Source: Gonapodya sp. JEL0774 (taxonomy: Eukaryota). From it: a DNA stretch of 64,000 bases. The stretch spans positions 1 through 64,000 of the forward strand of contig JADIIX010000016.1 of assembly GCA_027604505.1 (NCBI GenBank). The letters are read 5' to 3'. Position numbers and translations under genes: made by a program. The notes under the pieces were generated by a model. It was not told the DNA's origin. It searched no databases and saw only the letters and a program-made list of their open reading frames with translations. Numbering within the stretch: position 1 is the stretch's first letter; each line of letters opens with the position of its first letter. Shown here in pieces: positions 62,530 through 64,000 of the stretch.

Positions 62530-64000
62530 ATGGAAGATTGTGTGGAGGAGGACAGTACGATCAAAACTGAAGGGGTGAAGCTCGACGAAGGCGTGGAGCG
62601 AGGGATTGGGATAGCTTCTTCTGAAGTGATTGGAGGGTCGGGTGGGAGCTCTGGTGGCGAACTAAAGCGGGAAGGAGTTGTTTCGGAAGGATGTGATGGT
62701 GTTGACGTTCAGATTGGAGTCGAGCAGCAGATGGCAGTCGCTGCGCAGCAACAGCACGCAGCAGCCATGGGAGCTATGCAGGCAGGCTATAGAGTGGCTC
62801 CTGCAACCTCAAGTGTTGGTGTTGTGGGACTTGGCGTGGCCAGTGTTGTTGGGGAACACCGGACAGGGACACTAAGTTCGCTCGCTCAGCAGGCGATGCA
62901 GATTCAACAAGCTCACTTCAATCAGCAACACATCCATGCATTGCAGCAAGCGCAGCTACATCAATTACAGCAGTTCCACCCGCTCAACACCCAAATCAAC
63001 CACATCAACCAATTCAACCAGCTCACCGCGAATCACCAAATCCCACTACAACAGTCTTTCGCTCTCCCTCAGTACCAGCAACTGCAGTCAATTCACCCTT
63101 CTCAACTACACCAACTCCAGTACTCGGCGGTACCGATGCCGCTCAACGATTTCACATACGGGAATACTCTTGGTGTTTTGAACGCCAACAACCAACTGCA
63201 GTTCGCGTACTCTCAATCAAACGGACCTCTTACAATGCCCGTATCTCTGGAACAGAAACTCACTACTTCCCCGTCTCCCATATCCTCCGGGCAGGAGGAG
63301 CTTGCTTCGCCTCTTAAACCTAGAGACTCCCTCCGCCGTCATAAACCTCCTCCCATTCGCACTCCACTCCATCAAGAATCTTCACAACTCCCGTCTTCTG
63401 TGGGCACCAGCAGCACTAACCCAGTTCCACCCCTCTCGAATCCCCATTTTGACGTCAATTCGGTTTCCATGGGTGACTCTGTCAGTCTAGGTACCAGTGC
63501 GTCCATGCCAAGGTTAAAGAGCAATCCAGGCGATGGTGGTTCGCCCACTCCGTCGCGCGACCACTCTCAGCTCAGTGCTGGCATGGCAGGCTCCGGATTT
63601 GGTAGTCACACGCTTGCTCACCAGCTCTCTGCTACATCATCGGCGACGTCTGCTTTCCCCCAAACCGTCTCCACTGCGATCGCTCAATCCCATCAACAAC
63701 TTGCCTCATCCGTATCTCCTTCCCATTTCTCAACTAGCACACTTCCAGACCCCTCGGCCACTCGTCCTCCCTACCCAGGTCCTCTCACGCCCCACCACCC
63801 ACCGCCCACACCCAACTCGGCGATTGCAGCCTCTGCGATCCCTCCGTCCCGCCTTCCTGTCGGTAACATGGCAGGAACGTCGGCGTTCACGTCCTCAACC
63901 CCAGTATCTTTCCACCAGCAGCTTGGACCTGCTCCATCGCCACTTAGACCTCAGACCACCTCTTTACCTTCAACAAACTCACCCCCCTCGTCTGGATCTG
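62530..64000 (+). CDS. Partial Q/H/P/S-rich low-complexity protein, runs off the window
   Basis: I see no stop codon in this frame from ATG 62530 to the window end (MEDCVEED...AAQQQHAAAM...QQHIHALQQ). No folded domain is visible in the window. Confidence 0.7.
   Translation, partial: MEDCVEEDSTIKTEGVKLDEGVERGIGIASSEVIGGSGGSSGGELKREGVVSEGCDGVDVQIGVEQQMAVAAQQQHAAAMGAMQAGYRVAPATSSVGVVGLGVASVVGEHRTGTLSSLAQQAMQIQQAHFNQQHIHALQQAQLHQLQQFHPLNTQINHINQFNQLTANHQIPLQQSFALPQYQQLQSIHPSQLHQLQYSAVPMPLNDFTYGNTLGVLNANNQLQFAYSQSNGPLTMPVSLEQKLTTSPSPISSGQEELASPLKPRDSLRRHKPPPIRTPLHQESSQLPSSVGTSSTNPVPPLSNPHFDVNSVSMGDSVSLGTSASMPRLKSNPGDGGSPTPSRDHSQLSAGMAGSGFGSHTLAHQLSATSSATSAFPQTVSTAIAQSHQQLASSVSPSHFSTSTLPDPSATRPPYPGPLTPHHPPPTPNSAIAASAIPPSRLPVGNMAGTSAFTSSTPVSFHQQLGPAPSPLRPQTTSLPSTNSPPSSGS

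Overview
Gene-dense, intron-rich eukaryotic nuclear DNA (about 50% GC, introns mostly 45-100 nt) with about 23 protein-coding loci. I found no CRISPR array, tRNA, rRNA or recognisable intact mobile element. MDM12 (ERMES) points to a fungus, and AK8-like, tubby, INTS7, TMEM94 and coactosin genes point to a zoosporic, early-diverging lineage (chytrid or monoblepharid-like; inference). Order: F-box-like(+), TMEM94(-), RCCD1-like(+), coiled-coil(+), AK8-like(-), SERINC(+), INTS7(+), ZNF830(-), coiled-coil(+), NDUFS1(+), TLDc/MEAK7(+), coactosin(-), tubby(+), MDM12(-), SER2(-), LAT1(-), EMC10(+), ALG5(-), RPS4(+), CTF18(+), FkbM-like probable pseudogene(+), GCP6(+), partial Q/H/P/S-rich ORF(+). The most notable signals are frequent AAG 3' splice sites, microexons down to a candidate 3-nt exon, a candidate recursive AG|GT site, operon-like 75-125 bp tandem spacing (LAT1-SER2-MDM12), a fungal TMEM94 P-type-like transporter, an apparently catalytically dead AK8 and a SerB with an unexplained N-terminal domain. 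Gene models were spliced by eye, and family calls come from recalled motifs, not database searches.
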